A DNA stretch of 62,237 bases, counting the filler. It is 8 parts of 8 records of this genome, joined end to end, with 100 filler letters (N's around TTAATTAATTAA, not from the genome) between each part and the next. Parts side by side here need not be neighbours in the genome. Positions count along the whole stretch, not along the records: positions 1 to 16,947 come from SRR20825010_6035; 7 more parts are not named here. One strand, 5' to 3'. Below the pieces are notes generated by a model. It saw only the letters and a program-made list of their open reading frames with translations, searched no databases and was not told where the DNA came from. Below, piece by piece: positions 1-9,661 of the stretch. Numbering within the stretch: position 1 is the stretch's first letter; each line of letters begins with the position of its first letter. Made by a program: the position numbers and the translations under genes.

Positions 1-130
1 CATCCATGGCTCCGTACAGTTTTGGAAAGGCTGTTACGCAGGGCTCCCTTTATCTTGTGATGGTGAGTCTAGTGGTGTATTACTATCCGATAAAATGATC
101 TTTAATCACTTATCATTAGAAATTTAGATA

Positions 131-1078
131 ATGAAGCTTCCACCTCTCAAAGCCCTACCCGTCTTCGAAGCTGTTGCCCGGCTGAACAGCTTTTCGCTGG
201 CGGCGGAGGAGCTGGCGGTCAGTCAAAGTGCGGTCAGTCACCAGATCAAGCAGTTGGAAACCTATCTCGGTGAGAAACTGTTCTGGCGCAGTGGCCGCAC
301 TCTGACGTTGACCGACGAAGGCCGGCAGTATCTGGATGGCGTGGGGTCGGCGTTGTTGCAGATTGAACGGGTGAGTGAGCAGTTGCTGGGCCATGAGGAG
401 TCGCGGTTACGGTTGTCGGTGTTCAGTTCATTTGCGGTGCGCTGGCTGGTGCCGCGGTTGCCGGATTTGCAGCGGGAGTATCCGCAACTGGATCTTTCCC
501 TGGAGATGAGCAGTGAGAACCCGGTGCTGTCCGACCGGGTGGCGGACTGTTTTATCACCATCAAGCCGTCTTCCGCGGCATTCAGTTATGAGTTGCTGTA
601 TACCGAGCGGCTGTTTCCGGTGTGCAGCCAGGATTACTGGCAGCGCATCCGTCGGGAACTGGGGCGGGATTCAGAGGTTGAGGGAAGGGATGAGCCAGAG
701 TTGTCGTCGGAGGAGGTGAGTCGCTTCCCACTGTTGTCCACCCACAGTATTTTCGACAAGGCCGCCGGCGACTGGGAAGCCTGGTATCGGGCGGTGGACC
801 AAAAGATTCCCGGTACGGCGAGGATACAGCACTTCAGCCACATGTTGCTGGCTCTGGAGGCGGCCCGTTTTCATCAGGGCATCGCGCTGACCAACGATTA
901 CATGCTGAGCACACGACTGGATTCCGGCGATTTTGTCCGTTTGCCCAGTCACTCGGTGATGACGGGCGACAAGTTCTATTTCGCCTGGAAAACCAGCCGT
1001 CGGCGGGAGCGTGGGCTGCAGGTGTTGCGTCGCTGGTTGGTGGATGAAGCCATCCGTGGCGGCTTGCGGGGCGAGTAA
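131..1078 (+). CDS. LysR-family transcriptional regulator (GcvA-like)
   Basis: N-terminal HTH LPPLKALPVFEAVARLNSFSLAAEELAVSQSAVSHQIKQLE; GcvA-type substrate domain (FAVRWLVPRL). A probable divergent gene starts at nt 7 on the minus strand (GGAG before ATG) and runs off the window. Confidence 0.93.
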   Translation: MKLPPLKALPVFEAVARLNSFSLAAEELAVSQSAVSHQIKQLETYLGEKLFWRSGRTLTLTDEGRQYLDGVGSALLQIERVSEQLLGHEESRLRLSVFSSFAVRWLVPRLPDLQREYPQLDLSLEMSSENPVLSDRVADCFITIKPSSAAFSYELLYTERLFPVCSQDYWQRIRRELGRDSEVEGRDEPELSSEEVSRFPLLSTHSIFDKAAGDWEAWYRAVDQKIPGTARIQHFSHMLLALEAARFHQGIALTNDYMLSTRLDSGDFVRLPSHSVMTGDKFYFAWKTSRRRERGLQVLRRWLVDEAIRGGLRGE

Positions 1079-1091
1079 CAAGCCCCGGGGC

Positions 1092-2018
1092 CTATTTATC
1101 CGCTTTCTTCTTCAGCAGCCGATGCTGTATTTCACCGACGATGCCGCGGCGGAATACCATCACGCAGACGACGAACACAGTCCCCAGGATCACCTGTACC
1201 CAGGAGCCGAATGCCGACAGTTCATGGCTGAGTGCGCCGACGGTAATCGCGCCCAGTACTGGCCCGAAGATGGTGCCAAGGCCTCCCACCAGTGTCATCA
1301 GGATGACTTCGCCCGAGGTTTGCCAGTGCGCATTGGTCAATGCCGCAAACTGGAATATCACGGCTTTTGTGGCACCGGCCGTTCCGGCGAGTGTGGCGGA
1401 AATGATAAACGCCAGTAGCTTGAAATGGTCGACGTCGTACCCGAGTGAGAGTGCTCTGGATTCGTTTTCCCGGATGGCCTGGAGGACTTCGCCAAAGGGC
1501 GAGTTGATGGTTCGGTGGATAATGGCGAAACCAATCAGGAACACCGCAAACACAAAGTAGTACATGGCGATTTCGTTGTTGAGGCTGATGAAGCCGAAGA
1601 GCTCACCACGGGGAATGCCCTGCAGACCGTTTTCGCCGCCGGTGAACGGCATCTGAAGCGCCAGGAAGTAGATGATCTGCGCCAGCGCCAGGGTCACCAT
1701 GGCAAAGTAGATGCCCTGTCGGCGGATGGCGAGGAAACCGAATATCGTGCCGAGGATCAACGCAAACCCGGTGCCGGCAAGAATGCCGAATATCGGGCCG
1801 AATCCCCACTCTTTGGTCACATAACCGGTAATGTACGCCGCACCGCCGAAGAAGGCGGCGTGCCCGAACGACAACAGGCCGGCGTAGCCGAGCAGCAGGT
1901 TGAAGGCGCAGGCGAAGAGCGCGAAGCACAGCAGGTCCATCACAAAGACCGGGTAGGCATAGAAGGGCGCGCCAAGGCCGGCGACCAGCATGATGATAAA
2001 CAGAACGCGGTTGATCAT
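1092..2018 (-). CDS. livM: Branched-chain amino acid-type ABC transporter permease (LivM-like)
   Basis: GYAGLLSFGHAAFFG, YFAMVTLA, TGGENG, SPFG..LQAIRENE motifs; multi-TM. Confidence 0.92.
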   Translation of the reverse strand: MINRVLFIIMLVAGLGAPFYAYPVFVMDLLCFALFACAFNLLLGYAGLLSFGHAAFFGGAAYITGYVTKEWGFGPIFGILAGTGFALILGTIFGFLAIRRQGIYFAMVTLALAQIIYFLALQMPFTGGENGLQGIPRGELFGFISLNNEIAMYYFVFAVFLIGFAIIHRTINSPFGEVLQAIRENESRALSLGYDVDHFKLLAFIISATLAGTAGATKAVIFQFAALTNAHWQTSGEVILMTLVGGLGTIFGPVLGAITVGALSHELSAFGSWVQVILGTVFVVCVMVFRRGIVGEIQHRLLKKKADK

Positions 2019-2022
2019 GGCC

Positions 2023-2919
2023 TTACTTCTCCTTACCGAATAAGCCCGCAGGGCGGAACAACAGCACCAGCACCATCAGGAAGAAGATCACGGTGCTGGC
2101 CGCTGGCGGGTAAAACACTTTGGTAAGGCCCTCAATCAAGCCCAGCGCAAGTCCGGATAGAATGGCGCCCATAATCGAGCCCATGCCGCCGATCACCACG
2201 ACGGCAAACACGACGATGATCAGGTCCGCTCCCATTAACGGGCTGACCGAGTAGATCGGCGCGGCCAGTACGCCTGCCAGGCCGGCGAGGCCGGCCCCGA
2301 AGGCAAAAGTGAGGGTGATCATCAGTGGCACGTTCAGGCCAAACGCCTGGGTCAGGTCCGGGTTCTCGACACCGGCGCGCAGCCGTGAACCCAGCTTGGT
2401 GTGTTCGATGACGTACCAGGTGGCAAAACAGACCACCAGGGAGAAAATGATGGCGAACAGTCGGTAGGTCGGGAAGTACATGAACCCGAGGTTTACTACG
2501 CCACTGAGGCTTTCCGGTTGCCCGGGATAGGGTGTGCCGGAGACGTTGAAGTAGTTGGCAAACAGGCCCTGCAGGATCAGCGTGATACCGAACGTCAGCA
2601 GCAGGCCATAGATGTGGTCAAGGTCATAGAGACGCTTGAGCATGAAGCGTTCAATGGTCACCCCCAGAATACCGACGATCACGGGCGCCACCAGCAGTGA
2701 CGCCCAGAATCCGATCTGAAGGCTGATACCGAACCACTGCTCCAGCAGAGAGTAGCCAATCAGTGCGATAAAGGCACCCAGCATGTACATGGCACCGTGG
2801 GCAAAGTTGATGATATTCAGCAGCCCGAATATCACCGCGAGCCCGAGACTCAACATGGCGTAGAACACACCCACATTCAGCCCAAGCAGCGCCTGGGCCA
2901 GTATGACCTGCATCGACAC
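2023..2919 (-). CDS. livH: Branched-chain amino acid-type ABC transporter permease (LivH-like)
   Basis: GLAVIFGLLNIINFAHG, VVVIGGMGS, RPAGLFG; GTG start. Confidence 0.92.
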   Translation of the reverse strand: MSMQVILAQALLGLNVGVFYAMLSLGLAVIFGLLNIINFAHGAMYMLGAFIALIGYSLLEQWFGISLQIGFWASLLVAPVIVGILGVTIERFMLKRLYDLDHIYGLLLTFGITLILQGLFANYFNVSGTPYPGQPESLSGVVNLGFMYFPTYRLFAIIFSLVVCFATWYVIEHTKLGSRLRAGVENPDLTQAFGLNVPLMITLTFAFGAGLAGLAGVLAAPIYSVSPLMGADLIIVVFAVVVIGGMGSIMGAILSGLALGLIEGLTKVFYPPAASTVIFFLMVLVLLFRPAGLFGKEK

Positions 2920-2958
2920 GTTGGCTATCTCCCCTGAAGCAGTGGTTAATCGGTGTGG

Positions 2959-4176
2959 TTAGTTAACCAGCGAACACTTGGTGTCTTCCAACGAGATGTA
3001 GGCCTGATCCGCGGGGATCTTCGAGACCACCCGCAGCAGGTCCCATTCCTCACTGGCTTCGTCCGGCTTCTTCACTTCCACCAGATACATGTCGTGGAGC
3101 ATGGAGCCGTTGGGCAGAATCTTGCCCCCTTTCACGAACATGTCGTTAAGGGTCATGTCGCCCAGTTCGGCACGAACGGTATCGCTGTCGTCAGAACCGG
3201 TGGCTTTGACTGCTTTCAGGTAATTGGTGACCGCCGAGTAAACGCCGGCATGAACCATGGTGGGCATGGCGTTGTGGCGTTCATAGAAGCGGCGGGACCA
3301 GGCTTCGGTCTCGTCGTTCTGGTTCCATACGAAGGCCGTGGTGAACTGCAGGCCCTGGGCAATGTCCAGCCCCATGCTGTGGACGTCTGTGATGAACACC
3401 AGCATGCCGGCCAGTTTTTGTCCGCCCTGCACGATGCGGAACTGGTTGGCCTGTTTGATGGCGTTCACCGTGTCCTGGCCGGCATTGGCCAGGCCAATGA
3501 CATCGGCTCCGGAAGACTGGGCCTGGAGCAGGTAGGAGGAGAAATCGTTGGTGGACAGTGGCGCATTGACGTTACCGACCACCTCGCCACCGAGACTTTC
3601 CACCACGGCGCCGGTGTTGTCCCGCAAAGAGTGGCCGAAGGCGTAATCAGCGGTAATGAAGAACCAGCTTTCACCGCCGTTCTTGACCATCGCCGTAGCA
3701 GTACCAACCGGCAACGCGTGGGTGTCGTAGACGTAGTGAATACCGTAAGGCGTGCACTGTTCTTCTGTCAGTGCGGTGGTGCCGGCGCCGGTGTTCATGG
3801 TGATGATTTTCTTGTCGTTGGCCAGGCCCTGAACGGACAAGGCAACGGAGGAGTTGTCGAGGGCGGTGATCATGTCCACCTCTTCCGCATCGATCCACTC
3901 CCGGGCGGTACTGGCGCCGATATCCGGCTTGTTCTGGTGATCCGCGGAAATGATCTCAATGGGTTTGCCCATCACCGAACCGCCAAAATCCTCGACCGCC
4001 ATTTTGGCGGCAGTCACCGCGCCCGGCCCTTCGAGGGCCTTGTAAACGCCGGACATGTCACTGAGGACACCGATTTTTACTTTGCCGTCGGTCAATTCGG
4101 CCGCTGCCGTGAGGGGCATTGCCAGGGTAGCCGCTGCCACGGCGCCTGCCAGTCCAGATTTCCAGTGCTTGAACAT
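2959..4176 (-). CDS. Periplasmic substrate-binding protein, Leu/Ile/Val-binding family (subgroup that often binds aromatic or other organic acids)
   Basis: Signal peptide MFKHWKSGLAGAVAAATLAMPLTAAA; KIGVLSDMSG, ADHQNKPD, TADYAFG; start placed at the Met following an AAGGA RBS. Confidence 0.9.
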   Translation of the reverse strand: MFKHWKSGLAGAVAAATLAMPLTAAAELTDGKVKIGVLSDMSGVYKALEGPGAVTAAKMAVEDFGGSVMGKPIEIISADHQNKPDIGASTAREWIDAEEVDMITALDNSSVALSVQGLANDKKIITMNTGAGTTALTEEQCTPYGIHYVYDTHALPVGTATAMVKNGGESWFFITADYAFGHSLRDNTGAVVESLGGEVVGNVNAPLSTNDFSSYLLQAQSSGADVIGLANAGQDTVNAIKQANQFRIVQGGQKLAGMLVFITDVHSMGLDIAQGLQFTTAFVWNQNDETEAWSRRFYERHNAMPTMVHAGVYSAVTNYLKAVKATGSDDSDTVRAELGDMTLNDMFVKGGKILPNGSMLHDMYLVEVKKPDEASEEWDLLRVVSKIPADQAYISLEDTKCSLVN

Positions 4177-4207
4177 GGTGGGATTCCTTTTGTTATTAGA
4201 TTCGGGT

Positions 4208-4927
4208 TCAGACACTCAGGTGCCTGTTCAACTGCTCTTTCTTGGCCTCGAGATCGGCCGCTTCTATCTGCTCAACCACTCGTCCGTGCTCAATCACATA
4301 GTGTCGGTCGGCCAGCGGAGCGGCAAAGCGGAAGTTCTGCTCAACCAGAATGATGGTGAATCCCCGGTCACGCAGTTTGCGGATGACATCATCCAGGGAT
4401 TTGAGGATAACCGGCGCAAGCCCTTCGGTGATCTCGTCCAGTAACAGGAGGTTGGCGCCGGTACGAAGGATGCGGGCAATGGCCAGCATCTGTTGCTCGC
4501 CCCCGGAGAGCTTGGAGCCCTGGCTTTTGCGGCGCTCTTCAAGGTTCGGGAACATTTTGTAGATCTCGTCCGCGGACATCCCGCCATCGGCCACCACGGG
4601 GGGCAGCTCCAGGTTCTCGTCCACGTTGAGCGACGCAAAAATCCCCCGCTCCTCGGGGCAATACCCCAGCTTGCCAACGTGGGCAATGCGGTGGGTGGGC
4701 ATGTTGATGATTTCGGTGCCGTGGATCTTGATGGAGCCGGTGCGCTTGCTGACCAGTCCCAGAATAGACTTGAGTGTGGTCGTGCGTCCGGACCCGTTGC
4801 GGCCAAGCAGGGTAATCACCTCGCCTTCCCGCAGAGTCAGATCGAGGCCATGGAGAATGTGGGATTCGCCGTACCAGGCGTGAAGATTCTCGATTTTGAG
4901 CATTTCCGGGCGTTGATCAGGCTGCAT
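4208..4927 (-). CDS. livF: ABC transporter ATP-binding protein (LivF-like)
   Basis: Walker A GRNGSGRTT (Arg in place of the usual Lys), LSGGEQQ signature, LLLLDE, VEQN. Confidence 0.92.
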   Translation of the reverse strand: MQPDQRPEMLKIENLHAWYGESHILHGLDLTLREGEVITLLGRNGSGRTTTLKSILGLVSKRTGSIKIHGTEIINMPTHRIAHVGKLGYCPEERGIFASLNVDENLELPPVVADGGMSADEIYKMFPNLEERRKSQGSKLSGGEQQMLAIARILRTGANLLLLDEITEGLAPVILKSLDDVIRKLRDRGFTIILVEQNFRFAAPLADRHYVIEHGRVVEQIEAADLEAKKEQLNRHLSV

Positions 4928-5705
4928 CGGTGGTTCCCATGTAGGCTTCCATGACGGCGGGGTTGGTCGATACCGTGTCGTAGTTGCCTTCAGCCAACAC
5001 CTCCCCGCGGTTCAGGACGGTGATGGTGTCGGCCAGCGTGGACACCACATTGAGGTTGTGCTCAACCATCACGATGGTTCTGCCATCCACCACCTTGCGA
5101 ATCAGCTCGGTGACCGTGCCTACGTCCTCTGAACTCATGCCCTGGGTGGGTTCATCAAGCAGCATGAGCCTGGGTTTGAGTGCAATGGTGGTGGCAATCT
5201 CCAGCGCCCGCTTCTGTCCGTAGGCGAGTTCCACCGCCTTGGTATCGGCAAAGGGCCCCAGGCCGACCTGTTCCAGGGTGGCCTGCGCTTCTTCATTCAG
5301 TTGATCAAGAATTCGTACCGGCCGCCAGAAGTGATAGGAAATGCCCAGCTTGCGTTGCAGGGCGACCCGAACGTTCTCGCGGGCGGAAAGATGGGGAAAC
5401 ACCGCCGATATCTGAAAAGAGCGAATCAGCCCCTGCTGGGCAATACCCGCGGGGCGTGCGTTGGTAATGTCTTTGCCAGCGTAGATAATCTGCCCGGCGC
5501 TGGGCTTGAGGAATTTGGTCAACAGGTTGAAAAACGTCGTTTTCCCGGCCCCGTTCGGACCTATCAACGCATGTATGGAGCCTGTCTTGACGTTGATGCT
5601 GACGTCACTGATGGCGGTAAAGCCTTTGAAATCCTTGGTCAGGTTCCTGGTTTCAAGGATGGTTGAGGATGGTTGTGTCTGCTCGCCTACAGCCTGCTCT
5701 TCCAC
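4917..5705 (-). CDS. livG: ABC transporter ATP-binding protein (LivG-like)
   Basis: GPNGAGKTT, LAYGQKRALE, LLDEP, VEH, C-terminal V.EAYMG; GTG start. Confidence 0.92.
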   Translation of the reverse strand: MEEQAVGEQTQPSSTILETRNLTKDFKGFTAISDVSINVKTGSIHALIGPNGAGKTTFFNLLTKFLKPSAGQIIYAGKDITNARPAGIAQQGLIRSFQISAVFPHLSARENVRVALQRKLGISYHFWRPVRILDQLNEEAQATLEQVGLGPFADTKAVELAYGQKRALEIATTIALKPRLMLLDEPTQGMSSEDVGTVTELIRKVVDGRTIVMVEHNLNVVSTLADTITVLNRGEVLAEGNYDTVSTNPAVMEAYMGTTDAA

Positions 5706-5788
5706 GGAAAGACACCCCTTTCAATTCAGGTGAGCGGCGCTGATGCCGCGTGTTTTTATTCGTTGTTGTGACAGCTGGTTTCTTGAAA

Positions 5789-5851
5789 GGTCGCAAATAC
5801 AGCTATTTGAACCGACATTCAGTAATAGTTGGCGAATGTGGATTCTGTCAA
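5789..5851 (-). promoter_or_regulatory. Putative sigma-70 promoter and operator of the liv-type operon
   Basis: Minus-strand TTGACA (5846-5851) with TATTAC 18 nt downstream; imperfect palindrome GGTCGCAAATA-CAGC-TATTTGAACC at 5789-5813. Confidence 0.4.
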
Positions 5852-5921
5852 GAATGGGCGAGGGGAACAGTGGGGGAGACACGCCCCGTTCAGGGCGTGC
5901 CTTTAGTGGTTATTCCAGTGG

Positions 5922-8429
5922 TTATTCTTCGTCCCGTGGCGGGCGTTCGACCACTTTGCGCTTACCTTTGGCACACCGGGACAGGGCTTTCAGCCCGTCG
6001 GCTTCGAAGGCATCCACGCGGATGACATCGTAGAGTGCTTCCAGTGCCTCAAGAAGTTTGTCGCATTCGTCTTTCTGAACAACGCCCTGCTCGCAGGCCC
6101 AGTCCACCAGTTCCTTACGCTGGTGCCCCATCAGCAGGTCGATACCGCCCAGCTCGTCTTCATCCCGATTGCGCAGGGCTTCATGCAGGCGATCGCGCAT
6201 GTCCTTGGTTTCATTGGCCAGCCGGTACGCGTTCAGTACACGGCCCAAAGGGTCGTCCGGATCGGTATTGATGTAACTGCCACGGCTGATGCGCTGGCGT
6301 AGCGGCGTATCGTTCACAATGCTGGCGGCCACCTCCGTGCCCAGGGCGTCGTCCGGGCCGTTGAGGCCGGTGGCGCCCAGAGGGAACACCAGCATCCGCA
6401 GCGGCCAGCGCAACAGCGGAACCGGGAAGTTGATGATCAGCTCGCGCATGGATGTCTTGAGGTCGCGCAGACTGGTCTGAAGGCACCATTCCACCAGCGG
6501 CCGCTGGTCTTCCGGATAGCCTTCCTCGTGCCATTGCTTGATCACCGCCGTGGCGTAATACAGGTGTACAAGGCAGTCCGCCATCCGCCCGGACAGGCGC
6601 TGACGTGCCTTGAGGCCGCCACCAACCGTCAGCAGGGTGACGTCGGTCATCAGGGCAAACGCGGCCGAGAACCGGGCAAGCTGGCGATAGCTGGACTGGA
6701 TTTTACCCTGGCGGGGCACGGTTTCCAGCAAGCCGCCGCTCAGTGCCAGCACTAACGAGCGTAACGCGTTGCGGGTGGTGTGGGCGATATGGCGGTAGAA
6801 GATGCCGTCGAACTTCTCGACCGCCGCCTTTTTATCGTCCATGCCCGCTGCTTCGATTTCTTCAACAATAAACGGGTGACAACGGATGGCACCCTGGCCG
6901 AACACCATCAGGCTGCGGGTCAGGATGTTTGCGCCTTCCACCGTGATGCCGATGGGGACCGCCTGGTACGCCCTGGCCAGGAAGTTGCGGGGGCCGGTAA
7001 TAACACCGCGGCCGGCAACCACGTCCATGGCATGGTTGATCACCGTGCGCATCAGGTCGGTATTGCGGTACTTGAGCACCGCTGACGGCACGGAGGGGCG
7101 TACGCCCCGGTCCAGCATGCCGGATGTCAGTAATCGGGCAGCATCCATCATGTAGGTGTAGCCGGCGATGGGCTCCAGCGCTTCCTGAACCCCCTCAAAC
7201 TGGCTGATGGAGCGGCCGAACTGTTCCCGGGTCAGGGCATAGGAACCTGTGGCCATGCTGGCCACTTTGCCAGCGCCGGTACCCAGTGCGGGCAGGGAGA
7301 TGGAACGGCCGATGGACAGGCATTCCAGCAGCATTTTCCAGCCTTTTCCCAACATGTCCTGGCCGCCAATCACCTGATCCATGGGGATAAACACGTCGTT
7401 GCCCCAGGTCGGACCGTTCATGAACACGGTATTCATTGGCAGGTGACGGGCGCCGGAGTGAACCCCTTCAAGGTCCTGTGGAACCATCACGCAGGTAACG
7501 CCGATGTCGTCGGAGTCGCCCAGTAGTTTGTCCGGGTCGTAGACCTTGATGGCCAGGCCAATCAGCGTCGCCACCGGTGCCAGTGTGATGTAGCGCTTGT
7601 TCCAGGTGACTTTCAGGCCCAGTACTTCCTCGCCATTCCACTGGCCCTTACAGACGATGCCCTTGTCCGGAATAGCTCCGGCGTCAGAACCGGCGACCGG
7701 CGACGTCAGTGCAAAGCAGGGGATTTCCTCGCCGCCGGCCAGCCGGGGCAGGTAATGTTCTTTCTGGGCATCGGTGCCGTATTCCATCAGCAGCTCGCCC
7801 GGGCCAAGCGAGTTGGGCACCATGACGGTCACAGCGGCGGATACGCTGCGGGTGGAAATCTTCATCACGATCTCGGAGTGGGCGGTGTGGGAAAAGCCCT
7901 TGCCGCCCTGTTCCTTGGGAATCATCAACCCGAAGAAGCCATTCTCGCGAATGAACTTCCAGACCTTGTTGGGCAGGTCGTACTCTTCGTGGGTGATTTT
8001 CCAGTCATCCAGCATGCCGCAAAGCTTCTCGACCGGCCCGTCGAGGAACGCCTGTTCTTCGCTGGAGAGGTGGGCCGGTTTGGCATCGAGCAGTTTCGAC
8101 CACTTGGGTTGCCCGGAGAAAAGCTCGCCATCCCAGTCTACAGTGCCCGAGCGCAGGGCCTCGGCCTCGGTATCCGAGAGCTTCGGGAGCCGACCGCGCA
8201 CCCAGTTCAGCAACGGAGCGCTGAACTTCTCGCGCCGCAGGTCACCTGGCAACACCAGTACCAGGCTGAGGGCAAGCAGCCCGCCACCAAACAGTATACT
8301 GAGGATGTGCCAGCCATCCTGAAACAGCCCGACGACCGTTGCAATCACAAGCACGGTGGCGGCAGTGGTGCCACCGATGCCAAGATAGATCAGTACCAGC
8401 GCACTGATCAGTAGAAGCAGAACACTCAT
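5922..8429 (-). CDS. fadE: Long-form acyl-CoA dehydrogenase FadE (N-terminal TM segments, DUF1974-type C-terminus)
   Basis: VMVPNSLGPGELL, CFALTSPVAGSDA, KRYITLAPVAT, ITVEGANILTRSL; 835 aa. Confidence 0.93.
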   Translation of the reverse strand: MSVLLLLISALVLIYLGIGGTTAATVLVIATVVGLFQDGWHILSILFGGGLLALSLVLVLPGDLRREKFSAPLLNWVRGRLPKLSDTEAEALRSGTVDWDGELFSGQPKWSKLLDAKPAHLSSEEQAFLDGPVEKLCGMLDDWKITHEEYDLPNKVWKFIRENGFFGLMIPKEQGGKGFSHTAHSEIVMKISTRSVSAAVTVMVPNSLGPGELLMEYGTDAQKEHYLPRLAGGEEIPCFALTSPVAGSDAGAIPDKGIVCKGQWNGEEVLGLKVTWNKRYITLAPVATLIGLAIKVYDPDKLLGDSDDIGVTCVMVPQDLEGVHSGARHLPMNTVFMNGPTWGNDVFIPMDQVIGGQDMLGKGWKMLLECLSIGRSISLPALGTGAGKVASMATGSYALTREQFGRSISQFEGVQEALEPIAGYTYMMDAARLLTSGMLDRGVRPSVPSAVLKYRNTDLMRTVINHAMDVVAGRGVITGPRNFLARAYQAVPIGITVEGANILTRSLMVFGQGAIRCHPFIVEEIEAAGMDDKKAAVEKFDGIFYRHIAHTTRNALRSLVLALSGGLLETVPRQGKIQSSYRQLARFSAAFALMTDVTLLTVGGGLKARQRLSGRMADCLVHLYYATAVIKQWHEEGYPEDQRPLVEWCLQTSLRDLKTSMRELIINFPVPLLRWPLRMLVFPLGATGLNGPDDALGTEVAASIVNDTPLRQRISRGSYINTDPDDPLGRVLNAYRLANETKDMRDRLHEALRNRDEDELGGIDLLMGHQRKELVDWACEQGVVQKDECDKLLEALEALYDVIRVDAFEADGLKALSRCAKGKRKVVERPPRDEE

Positions 8430-8568
8430 GGGCGGATCTCCATATCGAGAAGAAATTCAACCTGAATCGTTCTTACCTTCGGCCAAAGCCAGAGAGGTTG
8501 CAAGCGCTTGCGTTCGTGATCTTGACGCATCGGCGAGGATTCCGACATTGATCGTTATCTGAAGCGGT

Positions 8569-9456
8569 TCATACATAGCCGGCTGTAAAGACCAGGCCCA
8601 GCACAATCGGCATCACCACAAGGCTTCCGAGGTTACTCATAAGCACCAGTGAGGCTACTTTATGAGGTTCCTGTTGATACTGTTCCGCCAGCATGTAGTT
8701 CAACACAGCAGAGGGCATGGCGGCGAAGACCCACAAAGCAGCTATCTGCAGGCCCGGCAGATCCAGAATCGCTATCATTGGCCAGGCAAGAATCAACCCG
8801 GATGCAGGCGCGGAAATAGCGCCCAGAACCCCGAGTTTCCAGTCGCTGAAATCCACGTCCAGCATGCGAACACCAAGCGTAAAGAGCATGAGCGGGATAC
8901 ACACTCCGCCTAGCATGTTCAGGGTTTCCAGCAGCCATTGTGGCATGGGTACGCCACCGAAGTTGACGGTAAGGCCGGCGATGCTTGCCGCAATAACGGG
9001 TATGCGAAGCCGTCTGATGATCGACGTGTGCGGGTCCAGCATGTAGATGCCCACCGTAAAGTGCAGCAGCATTTCCACGACAAATAGGACAACGGCCGCG
9101 GGCAGGGCTGCCTCGCCGAACGCAAATACCAGTACGGGAATGCCCATGTTGCCGGAATTGTTGAACATCATCGGCGGCAGGAAGGTTTTAAGGTTCAGGT
9201 TCAGAATTCTGGCCAGCGGATAGAGCACGATGCCGGAACCCAGAACGACCACCGTTGCCGCCAGAGCCAGGCTGGTGTAATCCTGCAGCGGAGCCTGTTG
9301 ATCAGCCAGAACCGCGAACACCAGCATGGGGACGAACAGCTCCATATTGAGGGTGTTCAAGCCTTTGATGTCTGGAGTGCGATATCGGCCGTAAAGGGCA
9401 CCACAACCGGCGATCAGAAAGACCGGCAACATCGTGGACAGGATCTGGGCAAGCAT
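8569..9456 (-). CDS. AEC (auxin efflux carrier) family membrane transporter
   Basis: MFNNSGNMGIPV..FAFG, IPLMLFTLG, AMPSAV; about 10 TM helices. Confidence 0.85.
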   Translation of the reverse strand: MLAQILSTMLPVFLIAGCGALYGRYRTPDIKGLNTLNMELFVPMLVFAVLADQQAPLQDYTSLALAATVVVLGSGIVLYPLARILNLNLKTFLPPMMFNNSGNMGIPVLVFAFGEAALPAAVVLFVVEMLLHFTVGIYMLDPHTSIIRRLRIPVIAASIAGLTVNFGGVPMPQWLLETLNMLGGVCIPLMLFTLGVRMLDVDFSDWKLGVLGAISAPASGLILAWPMIAILDLPGLQIAALWVFAAMPSAVLNYMLAEQYQQEPHKVASLVLMSNLGSLVVMPIVLGLVFTAGYV

Positions 9457-9661
9457 TCAGGGGCTCCGAGGGTCGATCAGGGTAAGCAAATAACTCGTTA
9501 GGTTCGCAATTATACCGGGTTCCAGGCAAGTAAAACCTGTGCCCTTGCGACCAAAGATAACCCCTTCTATAAGCTGGGGAAGCAGCGCCCAACTTGCACG
9601 GATTGTAACGACTGCCACAGAATAACCTTGCCTAACTCACCATCCTAGCGGAGAGCCACTT

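Noticed and set aside
2953..4353. Long antisense ORFs (for example 2953-4353, 15273-16250, 48540-49742, 57323-58387)
   Set aside because: Shadows of well-supported genes in GC-rich DNA, with no recognisable motifs.
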